From: an uncultured virus (IMG/VR IMGVR_UViG_3300021559_000316)
Lineage: Duplodnaviria > Heunggongvirae > Uroviricota > Caudoviricetes
DNA: 38,118 nucleotides
Reading direction: 5' to 3' (one strand)
Virus record (IMG/VR): IMGVR_UViG_3300021559_000316
The notes below the pieces were generated by a model. That model was not told the DNA's origin. It did no database searches and was given only the letters and a program-made list of their open reading frames with translations. How positions within the stretch are numbered: the first letter of the stretch is position 1; each line of letters begins with the position of its first letter. Position numbers and translations under genes: made by a program. This document shows positions 9,178-17,150 of this stretch, piece by piece.

Positions 9178-9549
9178 ATGGCCCACAAGAAGACCCCCGC
9201 CGCCCAGCTCGAGCGCGAGATCACCGAGTCGCTCGCCAAGCCCCGCGCGACCGACACGAATCTATTCGCGCTCACCGAGCTGGTGCTGCGCGCCGGCAAA
9301 TCGTCGTTCTCGAACCGACTCGAGCGCGTCGACTATCCGCACATCAAGCGCACGCTCGCCGCGGGCCTCGTCGAGGCAGATCCGGCCGCGAGCCTCCTGC
9401 GCCTCACGTCGGAAGGGCGTGACGTCGTGCTCCGTCGCCTGCGCAAGGAGCAAACGCGCATGCAGCAAGCGGCGTACAGCCGCCCCGAGGACGATCGGCG
9501 CCGACGGCAGATCGACGAAGCGATCGCCGCCCTCGAGCGCAGGAGCTGA
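9178..9549 (+). CDS. Leader-motif protein 10 (MAHKKTPAAQLEREITESL), wHTH-like body
   Basis: Shared motif; LAAGLVE...LRLTSEGR resembles a winged-helix wing. Confidence 0.8.
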   Translation: MAHKKTPAAQLEREITESLAKPRATDTNLFALTELVLRAGKSSFSNRLERVDYPHIKRTLAAGLVEADPAASLLRLTSEGRDVVLRRLRKEQTRMQQAAYSRPEDDRRRRQIDEAIAALERRS

Positions 9550-9556
9550 TCCGATC

Positions 9557-9817
9557 GTGGCGAAGAAGGTCATGATCCTCGGCTACACGAGGACGGGCAA
9601 GGCCATTCTCGAGCCCACGCGCGGCGCGCCGAACGTCGACGACATCCGCGTCTTTCACCGCGCGCGGCGATCGTTCCCCGACTGGACGCGCGGCGATCAC
9701 GAGGACGCGTCGCAGATCCTGCTCGAGCACGGCGAGCGCACCTACGGCACGAAGGTCGGCACCTGGAGTACGAACTGGTCGAGCGTGCATTGGCACCTCG
9801 GGCGGTTCAAGGACTGA
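9557..9817 (+). CDS. Hypothetical protein
   Basis: AGGAG RBS; GYTRTGKAI...DHEDA. Confidence 0.65.
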   Translation: MAKKVMILGYTRTGKAILEPTRGAPNVDDIRVFHRARRSFPDWTRGDHEDASQILLEHGERTYGTKVGTWSTNWSSVHWHLGRFKD

Positions 9818-9861
9818 TCGGAGCTAGTCGTCGTCATCGTATTCCGGCGCCGGCGTGTAGC

Positions 9862-10071
9862 TCACGCGTGCATCTTCGGACGGCGGTACGCGGCTGATTC
9901 GCGCTGGTCATGCACCTCCGGGATCTTCGCTGGGTTCCCCCTGCGATCGGTCCCGTCCACGACTCGGCACGCAATCCCCAGCTTCTCGTGGCATACCGGG
10001 CACTCGATCGAGAGGGCGCGGGCGACGTTGCCCGGTCCACGCAGCCACATGCGGCCGAGTCCGTCGAACAT
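9862..10071 (-). CDS. Small zinc-finger protein (CPxC...GxxC...H..R)
   Basis: IECPVCHEKLGIACR...VHDQR; TGATG overlap. Confidence 0.6.
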   Translation of the reverse strand: MFDGLGRMWLRGPGNVARALSIECPVCHEKLGIACRVVDGTDRRGNPAKIPEVHDQRESAAYRRPKMHA

Positions 10072-10289
10072 CAGATCTTCCGTCCTTCGCGAGCCCGCTG
10101 CCACCGATCACCGAACGACGCGAGCGCGAGAGTTAGGTGGGCCGTCTCCGCCGCCAGCTTCGCAGCCGCGGTCCATCGGGCAACATCAGCGCCAGGCGGC
10201 ATCGGATTATTACGAAGGAGCTCGGCGAACATCTCGTCGTCCGCGAACAGCTCGCGATCGATCATCCTGTTCAGGTAAGGGTACGTCAC
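10071..10289 (-). CDS. Hypothetical protein
   Basis: GTGA overlap within minus-strand chain. Confidence 0.5.
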   Translation of the reverse strand: MTYPYLNRMIDRELFADDEMFAELLRNNPMPPGADVARWTAAAKLAAETAHLTLALASFGDRWQRAREGRKI

Positions 10290-10534
10290 CCGCATGCGTC
10301 GGGCGATGGAAGCTGGCGAAAAGTTCCCGCGCATCGGTCGCCGATCTCACGCCACCCGCGTACTACCGCGACGCGGACGCCGAGGCGGCGCGCGATCGCC
10401 TCGTCCTTCTCGATCATGCCAGCGACCTGTCGACAAAACTCGACCGAGGGCCGGCAGCAGAACACCCGGTACTCGATCACGAGGTAGTCGAGTGGCGACG
10501 GCGCCGCAGCATCGATGGCGAGCATGAAGCTCAC
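10286..10534 (-). CDS. Hypothetical protein
   Basis: GGGAG RBS, GTGA overlap. Confidence 0.5.
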   Translation of the reverse strand: MSFMLAIDAAAPSPLDYLVIEYRVFCCRPSVEFCRQVAGMIEKDEAIARRLGVRVAVVRGWREIGDRCAGTFRQLPSPDACG

Positions 10535-10710
10535 GACGCCCGCTCCCGCATCACGCGATCGATCAAGATGTCGCGCAAGATCCGCTCCTCGTCCGATTCC
10601 TTCTTCGCGCAGCCATAGGCCCACGCGATGCGCTTGAGCGAGGACGCGTCGGGCTTCTCGATGATGCTCGCGGCCGTGTCGTGCGACACGGAAACTCTTT
10701 CAATGGTCAC
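10531..10710 (-). CDS. Hypothetical protein
   Basis: GGAGGA RBS before GTG. Confidence 0.6.
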   Translation of the reverse strand: MTIERVSVSHDTAASIIEKPDASSLKRIAWAYGCAKKESDEERILRDILIDRVMRERAS

Positions 10711-10741
10711 GTCGTCGTCCTCCTCGTCATGATCGCCCACG

Positions 10742-10936
10742 CTACGCGCCCGCCTCGCCACCGAGATCGATCCAGTCGGCCTGCGCGCGCTCGTCCTCGT
10801 ACTGCCGCCGGAACAGCTTCTCGGCCTCGCGCCACACGATCGTATGCACGTCGATGACGGCCGGCACCGGCGGCAGTCCCGCCGCGACGCGCAGGAGCGC
10901 CGTCGCGATCTCGGAACGGAGCGGCTGTCCCGTCAT
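10742..10936 (-). CDS. Hypothetical protein
   Basis: First gene of minus-strand chain; GC3 bias. Confidence 0.5.
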   Translation of the reverse strand: MTGQPLRSEIATALLRVAAGLPPVPAVIDVHTIVWREAEKLFRRQYEDERAQADWIDLGGEAGA

Positions 10937-11025
10937 CGGCACCACACGACAGACGAATGCACGCTCGCCGTGTAGCAGCTTCGAATCGCCGTCGTCAAGA
11001 TCTGGTCACGCGATCGACGGAAACG

Positions 11026-11499
11026 ATGACTCGTCGCGATCACCTGGTACGATCGACGACGGTGGCGTCGTCGAAGATCTTGCACGTGCTGTGGTCCCCC
11101 CAATCAGGACCCATGTGCGCGTACTGGGATCCGAGTAAGGCGTGGCGGCATGCGCGAACCATGCTCGGAGTCGACGTGACGGCCATAGAGCTGCGCGAGG
11201 ACTTGCCAGACATCGTACGTGACGACATCGACTCGGACTTCGACGGCGACGACGACACGCCACGCGTCGATAGCCCGCGCGTCAAGACCGTCCAGATGCC
11301 GCCGATCGTCGTCGATCCAGATCCGTCGAACCCCGCCGCGCCGCGGACAACGACGCGCCCGCGGGCCGCGATGCGGCCACTGCCCCACCCGCCGCCGCCA
11401 GCTCGCGACGAGAAGGTCGTGGTCGCGATGGACGACCTGGACGAGGGGAGCCCGCCGCCGCTGCCACTCCCGCCGAAGGAGAGCGACGACGATGACTAG
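11026..11499 (+). CDS. Hypothetical protein with acidic/Pro-rich disordered tail
   Basis: Globular-looking N-terminus then DDDTP/PPPP low complexity. Confidence 0.55.
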   Translation: MTRRDHLVRSTTVASSKILHVLWSPQSGPMCAYWDPSKAWRHARTMLGVDVTAIELREDLPDIVRDDIDSDFDGDDDTPRVDSPRVKTVQMPPIVVDPDPSNPAAPRTTTRPRAAMRPLPHPPPPARDEKVVVAMDDLDEGSPPPLPLPPKESDDDD

Positions 11500-11681
11500 C
11501 TCGACGTGGCGATCTGCCGCACGATCCGCGCGAGGATCTCCGGCGAGTCGAGCGCCTGCACGACGAGATCATCGACGAGCGGTCCGACGTACGCGGTCTG
11601 ATCGCGCAGCCGCTGGTACGTCTCGCCGCGCACGCTGATCGTGTGGCGCTTGCTCGTGCCGGTGCCGGACTTCCTGATCAC
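11496..11681 (-). CDS. Ribbon-helix-helix DNA-binding protein
   Basis: RHTISVRGETYQRLR...LVDDLV pattern. Confidence 0.6.
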   Translation of the reverse strand: MIRKSGTGTSKRHTISVRGETYQRLRDQTAYVGPLVDDLVVQALDSPEILARIVRQIATSS

Positions 11682-11950
11682 GCGATCGTTCTACGCGCAG
11701 ACGGGGACGAGATCTAGTTCGTGGAGAGATCCCGGGCTTGACCTCCTACGGATAGATCACGTAGAAGTGACGCCGTGAAGCGCAGAGCCGGATCGAAGTT
11801 GACGAAGCGCTTCGAGATGCTCTGCGCGCCCGCTGACTTTCGACGTTGGGAGCAGCGATCGCGAGAGCTTGGATTTCCGAGCGTAGCGACGTTTCTGCGC
11901 GTCACTGCAAACGAGGCGATTCGACAAGCCGCCGTCAAGGACATCGCACA

Positions 11951-12787
11951 ATGATCGACGTCGCTCCTGCTGCGAAGGCGGCACCGATCGTCAAATGGGC
12001 CGGCGGCAAGACCCGCCTCCTACCCGAGCTCGCGAAGCGCGTGCCGAAAAAATTCGGCCGCTACTACGAGCCATTCGTCGGTGGCGCCGCTCTGTTCTTT
12101 CACCTCGCGCCCCCCCGCGCCATGCTCACCGACACGAACCGCGATCTGATCAGGATGTACATAACCGTTCGCGACGACGTGGACGTACTGATCCGTCGAC
12201 TCAAACGATACGCCGCGGCGCACGACGAACGCCACTACTACACCACGCGCGAAAAATGGAATGGTGGTTTCTCTTCGGGGATGACGCGCGCTGCTGCCTT
12301 CATCTATTTGAACAAGACGTGCTTCAACGGCCTCTGGCGTGTGAACTCGTCCGGCGAATTCAACGTGCCGATGGGCAATTACACTGATCCGACGATCTGC
12401 GATTCTAACGGGCTGCGCGCTGCCTCCATCGCGCTCGCGCGCACACGGTTGGGTTGCACCGACTACCGTGACGCGGTCTCAGAGGCCGAGCGCGGCGACT
12501 TCGTCTATTTTGACTCACCGTACGCTCCAATCGACTCGACCTCGAACTTCACGAGCTACACACCCGGCGGCTTCAACGCGGACAACCAGCGCGAGCTTGC
12601 CGACGTCGCGCGCAATCTCCTCGGCCGCGGTGTCCACGTCATGCTGTCGAACAGCGACACGCCGCTCACGCGTAAGCTGTACCGCGGGTTCAAGATCGAG
12701 CGCGTGAAGTGTGGGCGATCGATCAACTCAAACGCGGAGAAGCGCGGAGAAGTCAACGAGCTGATCATCACCGGAAAAAAGCAGTGA
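11951..12787 (+). CDS. dam: DNA adenine methyltransferase (Dam / D12 class)
   Basis: KWAGGK, YYEPFVGGAA (motif I), NKTCFNGLWRVN..G.FNVPMG, DSPY (motif IV variant), MLSNS. Confidence 0.93.
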   Translation: MIDVAPAAKAAPIVKWAGGKTRLLPELAKRVPKKFGRYYEPFVGGAALFFHLAPPRAMLTDTNRDLIRMYITVRDDVDVLIRRLKRYAAAHDERHYYTTREKWNGGFSSGMTRAAAFIYLNKTCFNGLWRVNSSGEFNVPMGNYTDPTICDSNGLRAASIALARTRLGCTDYRDAVSEAERGDFVYFDSPYAPIDSTSNFTSYTPGGFNADNQRELADVARNLLGRGVHVMLSNSDTPLTRKLYRGFKIERVKCGRSINSNAEKRGEVNELIITGKKQ

Positions 12788-13191
12788 CCGAGCAGGAGCT
12801 TCGCGAGCACGCCGAGATCGCCATCCGCGCGCGTCCCGGACGATGGCAGCTCCAGACTTCAAATTCGTTTCGTCGCATCGGCCGCGAGCTTGGATCGATC
12901 CGCGACGCGTCCTACAAGGACGCCGAGATCATCAGCGACGGCGACATCCTCTGCGCGATCACACACCGGCATGATCGGATGCCCGACTTGCTCGCGAAGC
13001 CCGGCGTGCTCGAGTACATCGTCGCGGCGCAGCCCGCGATCGTGCTCGCGTTGCTCGACGAGATCGAGCGCCTGCGGCCGGTGTATGAGGCGGCGAAGGC
13101 GTGGAAGCAAAGCGGATCTGGTGCTGATCCGTACAAGCAAATGGATTTGAATCGGGCGATCGACGCCGCGCTCGCGAAGGAGCCGCGGTGA
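12784..13191 (+). CDS. Ead/Ea22-like phage protein
   Basis: YIVAAQPAIVLALLDEIERLR signature. Confidence 0.65.
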   Translation: MTEQELREHAEIAIRARPGRWQLQTSNSFRRIGRELGSIRDASYKDAEIISDGDILCAITHRHDRMPDLLAKPGVLEYIVAAQPAIVLALLDEIERLRPVYEAAKAWKQSGSGADPYKQMDLNRAIDAALAKEPR

Positions 13192-13427
13192 CCAAGCTAT
13201 TCCGCGGCTGCCGCTACGAGGTGCGCTACCACGCGCCACGCGATCTCGTGGAGTCGCGCTGGTCGCGCCACCATTCGTACAAGGCTGCGCATCGGGCGTT
13301 CCGCGAGTTCGTGAACAACGTGCGCGGCGATCACGCTGCCGGCACGCCGGTGACGCTGTACGACGTCGGTGAGGACGGATCGGGGAACCAGATCCTTGAG
13401 CAAGGGTCAGCTGGATGGACAACATGA
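13188..13427 (+). CDS. Hypothetical protein
   Basis: AAGGAG RBS, GTGA overlap. Confidence 0.65.
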   Translation: MTKLFRGCRYEVRYHAPRDLVESRWSRHHSYKAAHRAFREFVNNVRGDHAAGTPVTLYDVGEDGSGNQILEQGSAGWTT

Positions 13428-15358
13428 AGCTCCGCATCTCCGATGATCTAGCGCTCCCCCTCGACTTCATCACGTCAACGCAGGCGATCCTCGCGAAGAA
13501 GCGCGTCGGCAAAACGTACACCGCGCAGGTGCTCGCCGAGGAGCTACTCGCAGCCGGTCAGCAGATCGTCGTGATCGATGTGACCTCGGTCTGGTGGGGA
13601 CTCCGATCGAGCGCGGACGGCAAGGCCGAGGGCTACCCGATCACGATCTTCGGCGGCCGTCATGGCGATTTACCGCTCGAGGCAACCGCCGGCGAAGAGC
13701 TTGCCAACGCGATCGTCGACGACAAGTTCTCCGCCGTGCTCGACGTACGCCTCTTGAAGAAGGGCCAACGGCTGCGGTTCATCGCCGACTTCCTCGAAGC
13801 CCTATACGACAAGAACACCGAGGCGATGCACCTCTTCCTAGACGAGGCCGATGCCTACATCCCCCAGCGCGCGTTCACACCGGAGCAGGCTCGCGCGCTC
13901 GGCGCGGGCGACGAACTCGTGCGACGAGGCGGCAGCGGCGGCATCGGCGTCACGATGATCAGCCAGCGAGCACAAACCCTGAACAAGGACGTGCTCAGCC
14001 AGGTCGACATGCTCACCGTCCTGCGTATGAATCACCCGAAAGACCTCGGGGCGATCAAGGACTGGGTCGTCGAGCACGTCGACGCCGACAAGGCGAAAGA
14101 GATGATGGCGTCGCTGCCGGGGCTTCCGAAGGGCGAGGCATGGGTGTGGGCACCAGAGCTCGGCATCTTCAAACGCATTCACGTTCGGCAGAAGCGGACG
14201 TACGACAGTGGTCGCACGCCGAAGGTCGGTGAGCGCGTGCACCCGCCGAAGAAGCTCGCGAAGGTCGATATCGAGCGGCTCGGAGAGCGCATCAAGGCGA
14301 CCGTCGAGCGCGCGAAGGCCAACGATCCGAAGGAGCTCAAGGCCGAGATCGCGCGGCTCAAGAAGGCCCACGACGTGCTCGCCGCCGGCATGGAGCGCGA
14401 GATCCAGCGCCAGCTTGCAGCCGCGCCCAAGGACAAGATCAAGCCCGCCAAACCCGCCAAGATCAAGTCCCCGATTACGGACAAACAGATCCAGTGGATC
14501 GAGAAGATCGTCGCGCGCTACGGCGAGCTGGGCACCGCGTGGGAGAAAGCACGGACGCGCGCGACCGACAAGCTCGCCACCACGATGGATCGCGCAGATG
14601 CCCTCATCCGCCGCGCGCTCGCGGACGCGCAGACGCAGCAGGAGAACTTCGAAGTGAACGCGATGGCGCTCAGCACCGAGACCGAGATCGCGGTCAAGGC
14701 CCTGCGCGACGCGCTCGCGACCGTCGCAGCGAATCCGATTGCTCTCGAGCTCAGCAAGGCCATCAGCACGATGAAGCCACCACGCTTATCGACGCCGGGC
14801 GCGCCACGCGACATGCACGATCTCGACGCCGGCGTGGGCGCGCGATCCACGATGCGGCCGCGCACCAAGATCGAGCAGCAAGCCGATTCCAGTGGCGAAC
14901 TCTCGCGCATGGAGCGCAACCTCCTCATCGCGATCGCGCAGCACCCAAACGGGATCACGCGCAAGCAGGCCCTCCTCTTCACCGGCTATGCCCGAAGCGG
15001 CACGACCAACAAGGCGTTCGCGCGGCTCGTCGCCGACCAGCTCGTCGACGCGCCGCACGGAGGACTCGTCGTCGCGACAGCCACGGGCATCCGTACGCTC
15101 GGCGATTACGAGCAGCTACCGATGGGCGATGCACTGCGCGCCCAGCTTCTCAACGGATCGAGCGCGCTGTCGACGATGGAGAAGGCACTCCTCGCACGCG
15201 CCTGCGAGACGTACCCGGAGACGATCGCGCGATCTGCCGCGCTCGGCGACTACGCGCGGAGCGGCACGACCAACAAGGCGTTCGCGCGACTCGTCGGGAT
15301 GGGTTATCTGACGAAGAGCCGCGGCGGCGTGCGCGCCGCGGAAGAGCTGTTCGGATGA
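13424..15358 (+). CDS. HerA/FtsK-superfamily (DUF87-like) ATPase with coiled coil and two C-terminal wHTH-like repeats
   Basis: Walker A AKKRVGKT, Walker B LFLDEAD, SQR motif, VLSQ; repeated YARSGTTNKAFARLV. Confidence 0.85.
   Translation: MKLRISDDLALPLDFITSTQAILAKKRVGKTYTAQVLAEELLAAGQQIVVIDVTSVWWGLRSSADGKAEGYPITIFGGRHGDLPLEATAGEELANAIVDDKFSAVLDVRLLKKGQRLRFIADFLEALYDKNTEAMHLFLDEADAYIPQRAFTPEQARALGAGDELVRRGGSGGIGVTMISQRAQTLNKDVLSQVDMLTVLRMNHPKDLGAIKDWVVEHVDADKAKEMMASLPGLPKGEAWVWAPELGIFKRIHVRQKRTYDSGRTPKVGERVHPPKKLAKVDIERLGERIKATVERAKANDPKELKAEIARLKKAHDVLAAGMEREIQRQLAAAPKDKIKPAKPAKIKSPITDKQIQWIEKIVARYGELGTAWEKARTRATDKLATTMDRADALIRRALADAQTQQENFEVNAMALSTETEIAVKALRDALATVAANPIALELSKAISTMKPPRLSTPGAPRDMHDLDAGVGARSTMRPRTKIEQQADSSGELSRMERNLLIAIAQHPNGITRKQALLFTGYARSGTTNKAFARLVADQLVDAPHGGLVVATATGIRTLGDYEQLPMGDALRAQLLNGSSALSTMEKALLARACETYPETIARSAALGDYARSGTTNKAFARLVGMGYLTKSRGGVRAAEELFG
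14996..15296 (+). repeat. 37-bp direct repeat (36/37 identical) at 14996-15032 and 15260-15296
   Basis: AGCGGCACGACCAACAAGGCGTTCGCGCG(G/A)CTCGTCG. Confidence 0.9.
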
Positions 15359-15534
15359 GCCCTATCGAATACGACGTCACGACGAACCGCACACGCCGCC
15401 TCGTTTCGGTCGTCCTCCACCAACAGCGGCTCGCGCTCGCGCAGATCGACATGACGCCGGAGCAACTCGACGAGTTCGTTCAACAGCTCCAGGAGGCTAA
15501 GGCGTCGCTGCCACCGGCGGAGCAGCCGCCGTGA
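15355..15534 (+). CDS. Hypothetical protein
   Basis: ATGA overlap. Confidence 0.6.
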   Translation: MSPIEYDVTTNRTRRLVSVVLHQQRLALAQIDMTPEQLDEFVQQLQEAKASLPPAEQPP

Positions 15535-15770
15535 GCAAGCTGTCAGATGGGCTCAAGGAGATCGCCACCTCGATCACACGGCGCAAGGGCAACTTCGTCC
15601 TCGCGCGCAGTCCCAAAGGGGAGAGCAAACCTTACTCGCTCGCGGTCGGCTCTTCTCGCGCCGTGCAGGTCAACGGTGGTCTCATGATCATGATCGGGCT
15701 CAGCCGCGACCAGGTCGAGAAGCTGCGCGCGATGTGCGACGAGGCGCTCGCGGAAGGCAGCTCGAATTGA
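15531..15770 (+). CDS. Hypothetical protein
   Basis: GGAG RBS, GTGA overlap. Confidence 0.6.
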   Translation: MSKLSDGLKEIATSITRRKGNFVLARSPKGESKPYSLAVGSSRAVQVNGGLMIMIGLSRDQVEKLRAMCDEALAEGSSN

Positions 15771-16060
15771 GTGACGTCGTCGATCTCCCCTGGCCCGGCG
15801 GCGAGCCCGGCGTGCACCACCTCGGCCTCGGCGTGTTCCTGCGCTGGGACGCCGACGGCCGTGGTTTCATCTGGCATCACCCCGCATGCCGACCGTGGGC
15901 GACGCTTCGCCTCAAGCCCGATCCGCAATCGACCGGTCACGAGCTCGTCGCCGGCGGTCCCGAAGACATGGAGCATCTGACGATCCAGGGATCTCTGCTC
16001 TGCCCGATGGGGTGCGGGCTGCACGGCGTGATCGAGGGCGGCCGCTGGAAGGAGTGTTAG
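15767..16060 (+). CDS. DUF6527-like small metal-binding protein
   Basis: LTIQGSLLCPMGCGLHGVIEGGRW C-terminal motif. Confidence 0.55.
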   Translation: MSDVVDLPWPGGEPGVHHLGLGVFLRWDADGRGFIWHHPACRPWATLRLKPDPQSTGHELVAGGPEDMEHLTIQGSLLCPMGCGLHGVIEGGRWKEC

Positions 16061-16067
16061 ATCTGAG

Positions 16068-16352
16068 ATGCCGAGGAAGAAAAGCATCGAGGAACTACCG
16101 CCGACATGCGCGGCATGCGCCGATCGGCCCGCCGACGGATCGCTCTACTTGAACTTCGCGCCGTATGATCACAAGCCGCGCGAATACAAATACGGAGAGT
16201 CGCTGCCGATCGATCGCGGCTGGTCGCTGCACCTACCCATGTGTGCACCGTGCGTGAAGAAGACCGTCGGACTCAAGCTCGACGTTCAGCTCGATCTGAA
16301 AGATGCTGGTAGGGTGTGGGGCCACGTCGATTCGATCAAGAGAAGCACGTGA
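16068..16352 (+). CDS. Hypothetical zinc-binding protein
   Basis: CAAC...CAPC; AAGGAG upstream. Confidence 0.6.
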   Translation: MPRKKSIEELPPTCAACADRPADGSLYLNFAPYDHKPREYKYGESLPIDRGWSLHLPMCAPCVKKTVGLKLDVQLDLKDAGRVWGHVDSIKRST

Positions 16353-16597
16353 TCACCGCGAAGAAGGACGGTCGCGAGATCCGCGCGATGGTGATGTCCG
16401 AGCCCATCGACCACTGCCGCGGCGTCGTTCAGTGCGCGCTGTCTGGCTGCGAGGCGTGGATGCCGATCGTCGAGCCGGGATCGCTGCGCCCGGGTCCCGA
16501 CGGAGATACGGTCGAAGATCTCGACCTCAACGATCAAGTGCGCTGGTTCTTGGATCACCACGAGTGTCGCGCGGCACCACGAGGAATCGAGGCATGA
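16349..16597 (+). CDS. Hypothetical protein
   Basis: GTGA overlap; Cys/His residues. Confidence 0.55.
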   Translation: MITAKKDGREIRAMVMSEPIDHCRGVVQCALSGCEAWMPIVEPGSLRPGPDGDTVEDLDLNDQVRWFLDHHECRAAPRGIEA

Positions 16598-16598
16598 G

Positions 16599-16814
16599 AT
16601 GCGGAGCATGATCATCGTCGTCATCACCGATCCGAGCGCGTTCCCCTGCATCGTGCAGAGCCTCCGCCAGGTGAGGCTCCACGTCGAGGCCGCCACGTGG
16701 TGCGGTAAGAGCGTCGAGTCGCCTGGCGTGATCCAGGTCCCGGACGGCCGGGTGTGTCCGGCATGCGACGCCGCGATCAAGGCGTACTCGAATCCCGCTC
16801 CCGCCAAGCGATGA
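16599..16814 (+). CDS. Hypothetical zinc-binding protein
   Basis: H...TWCG...CPAC. Confidence 0.55.
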   Translation: MRSMIIVVITDPSAFPCIVQSLRQVRLHVEAATWCGKSVESPGVIQVPDGRVCPACDAAIKAYSNPAPAKR

Positions 16815-16824
16815 TCTCTGGGCT

Positions 16825-16870
16825 TGGGTTATTGCAATCAGATTGACGTAACCCAGCCGCGCGCTATCAT
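16825..16870 (+). promoter_or_regulatory. Sigma70-type promoter overlapped by a palindromic operator
   Basis: TTGACG(16843)-N16-TATCAT(16865); dyad TGGGTTA-n3-CAATC-A-GATTG-n3-TAACCCA at 16825-16855. Confidence 0.7.
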
Positions 16871-16877
16871 CTACGTC

Positions 16878-17150
16878 ATGAACGCCCGAGATGCAGGACG
16901 GCGCGGTGGCCAGCGAAGCAGCCCCGCTAAGCGCGCGGCCGCTCGAGCAAACGGCGCTCGTGGCGGACGGCCGAAGAATGCGGAAGTGCTCGTGCAACGC
17001 ATGCACGCCATACACGCGGAACTCGCCAAACACCACCTCGACATCGATCCTCACGATCTCGATCTGATCATCGAGCGGATGTGTCGTCAGCCTGGCAGCG
17101 GTCGGCGGTTCTTCATTCGGCCGTTACGAGGAGGAGGCTATGGCGTATAG
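16878..17150 (+). CDS. Small basic protein, candidate antitoxin/regulator
   Basis: AGRRGG...SPAKRAAARANGARGGRP motif; ATG 7 nt after the -10 box (likely leaderless). Confidence 0.65.
   Translation: MNARDAGRRGGQRSSPAKRAAARANGARGGRPKNAEVLVQRMHAIHAELAKHHLDIDPHDLDLIIERMCRQPGSGRRFFIRPLRGGGYGV

Noticed and set aside
4132..9549. Leader repeats as a CRISPR array, integron attC sites or DGR repeats
   Set aside because: Repeats are degenerate, in frame, irregularly spaced by whole genes and non-palindromic; no cas, integron integrase or reverse transcriptase in the window
11738..11767. Promoter TTGACC-N18-TAGAAG upstream of dam
   Set aside because: Weak -10 match and long spacer; plausible but unsupported
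12502..12523. DSPY instead of DPPY as a sign of an inactive methylase
   Set aside because: All other Dam motifs are intact and the variant is conservative; not called a pseudogene
13130..13191. DLNRAIDAAL at the end of the Ea22-like gene as an eleventh leader motif
   Set aside because: C-terminal, lacks the K[ST]xxQL part and the acidic position; a common amphipathic ending in phage proteins
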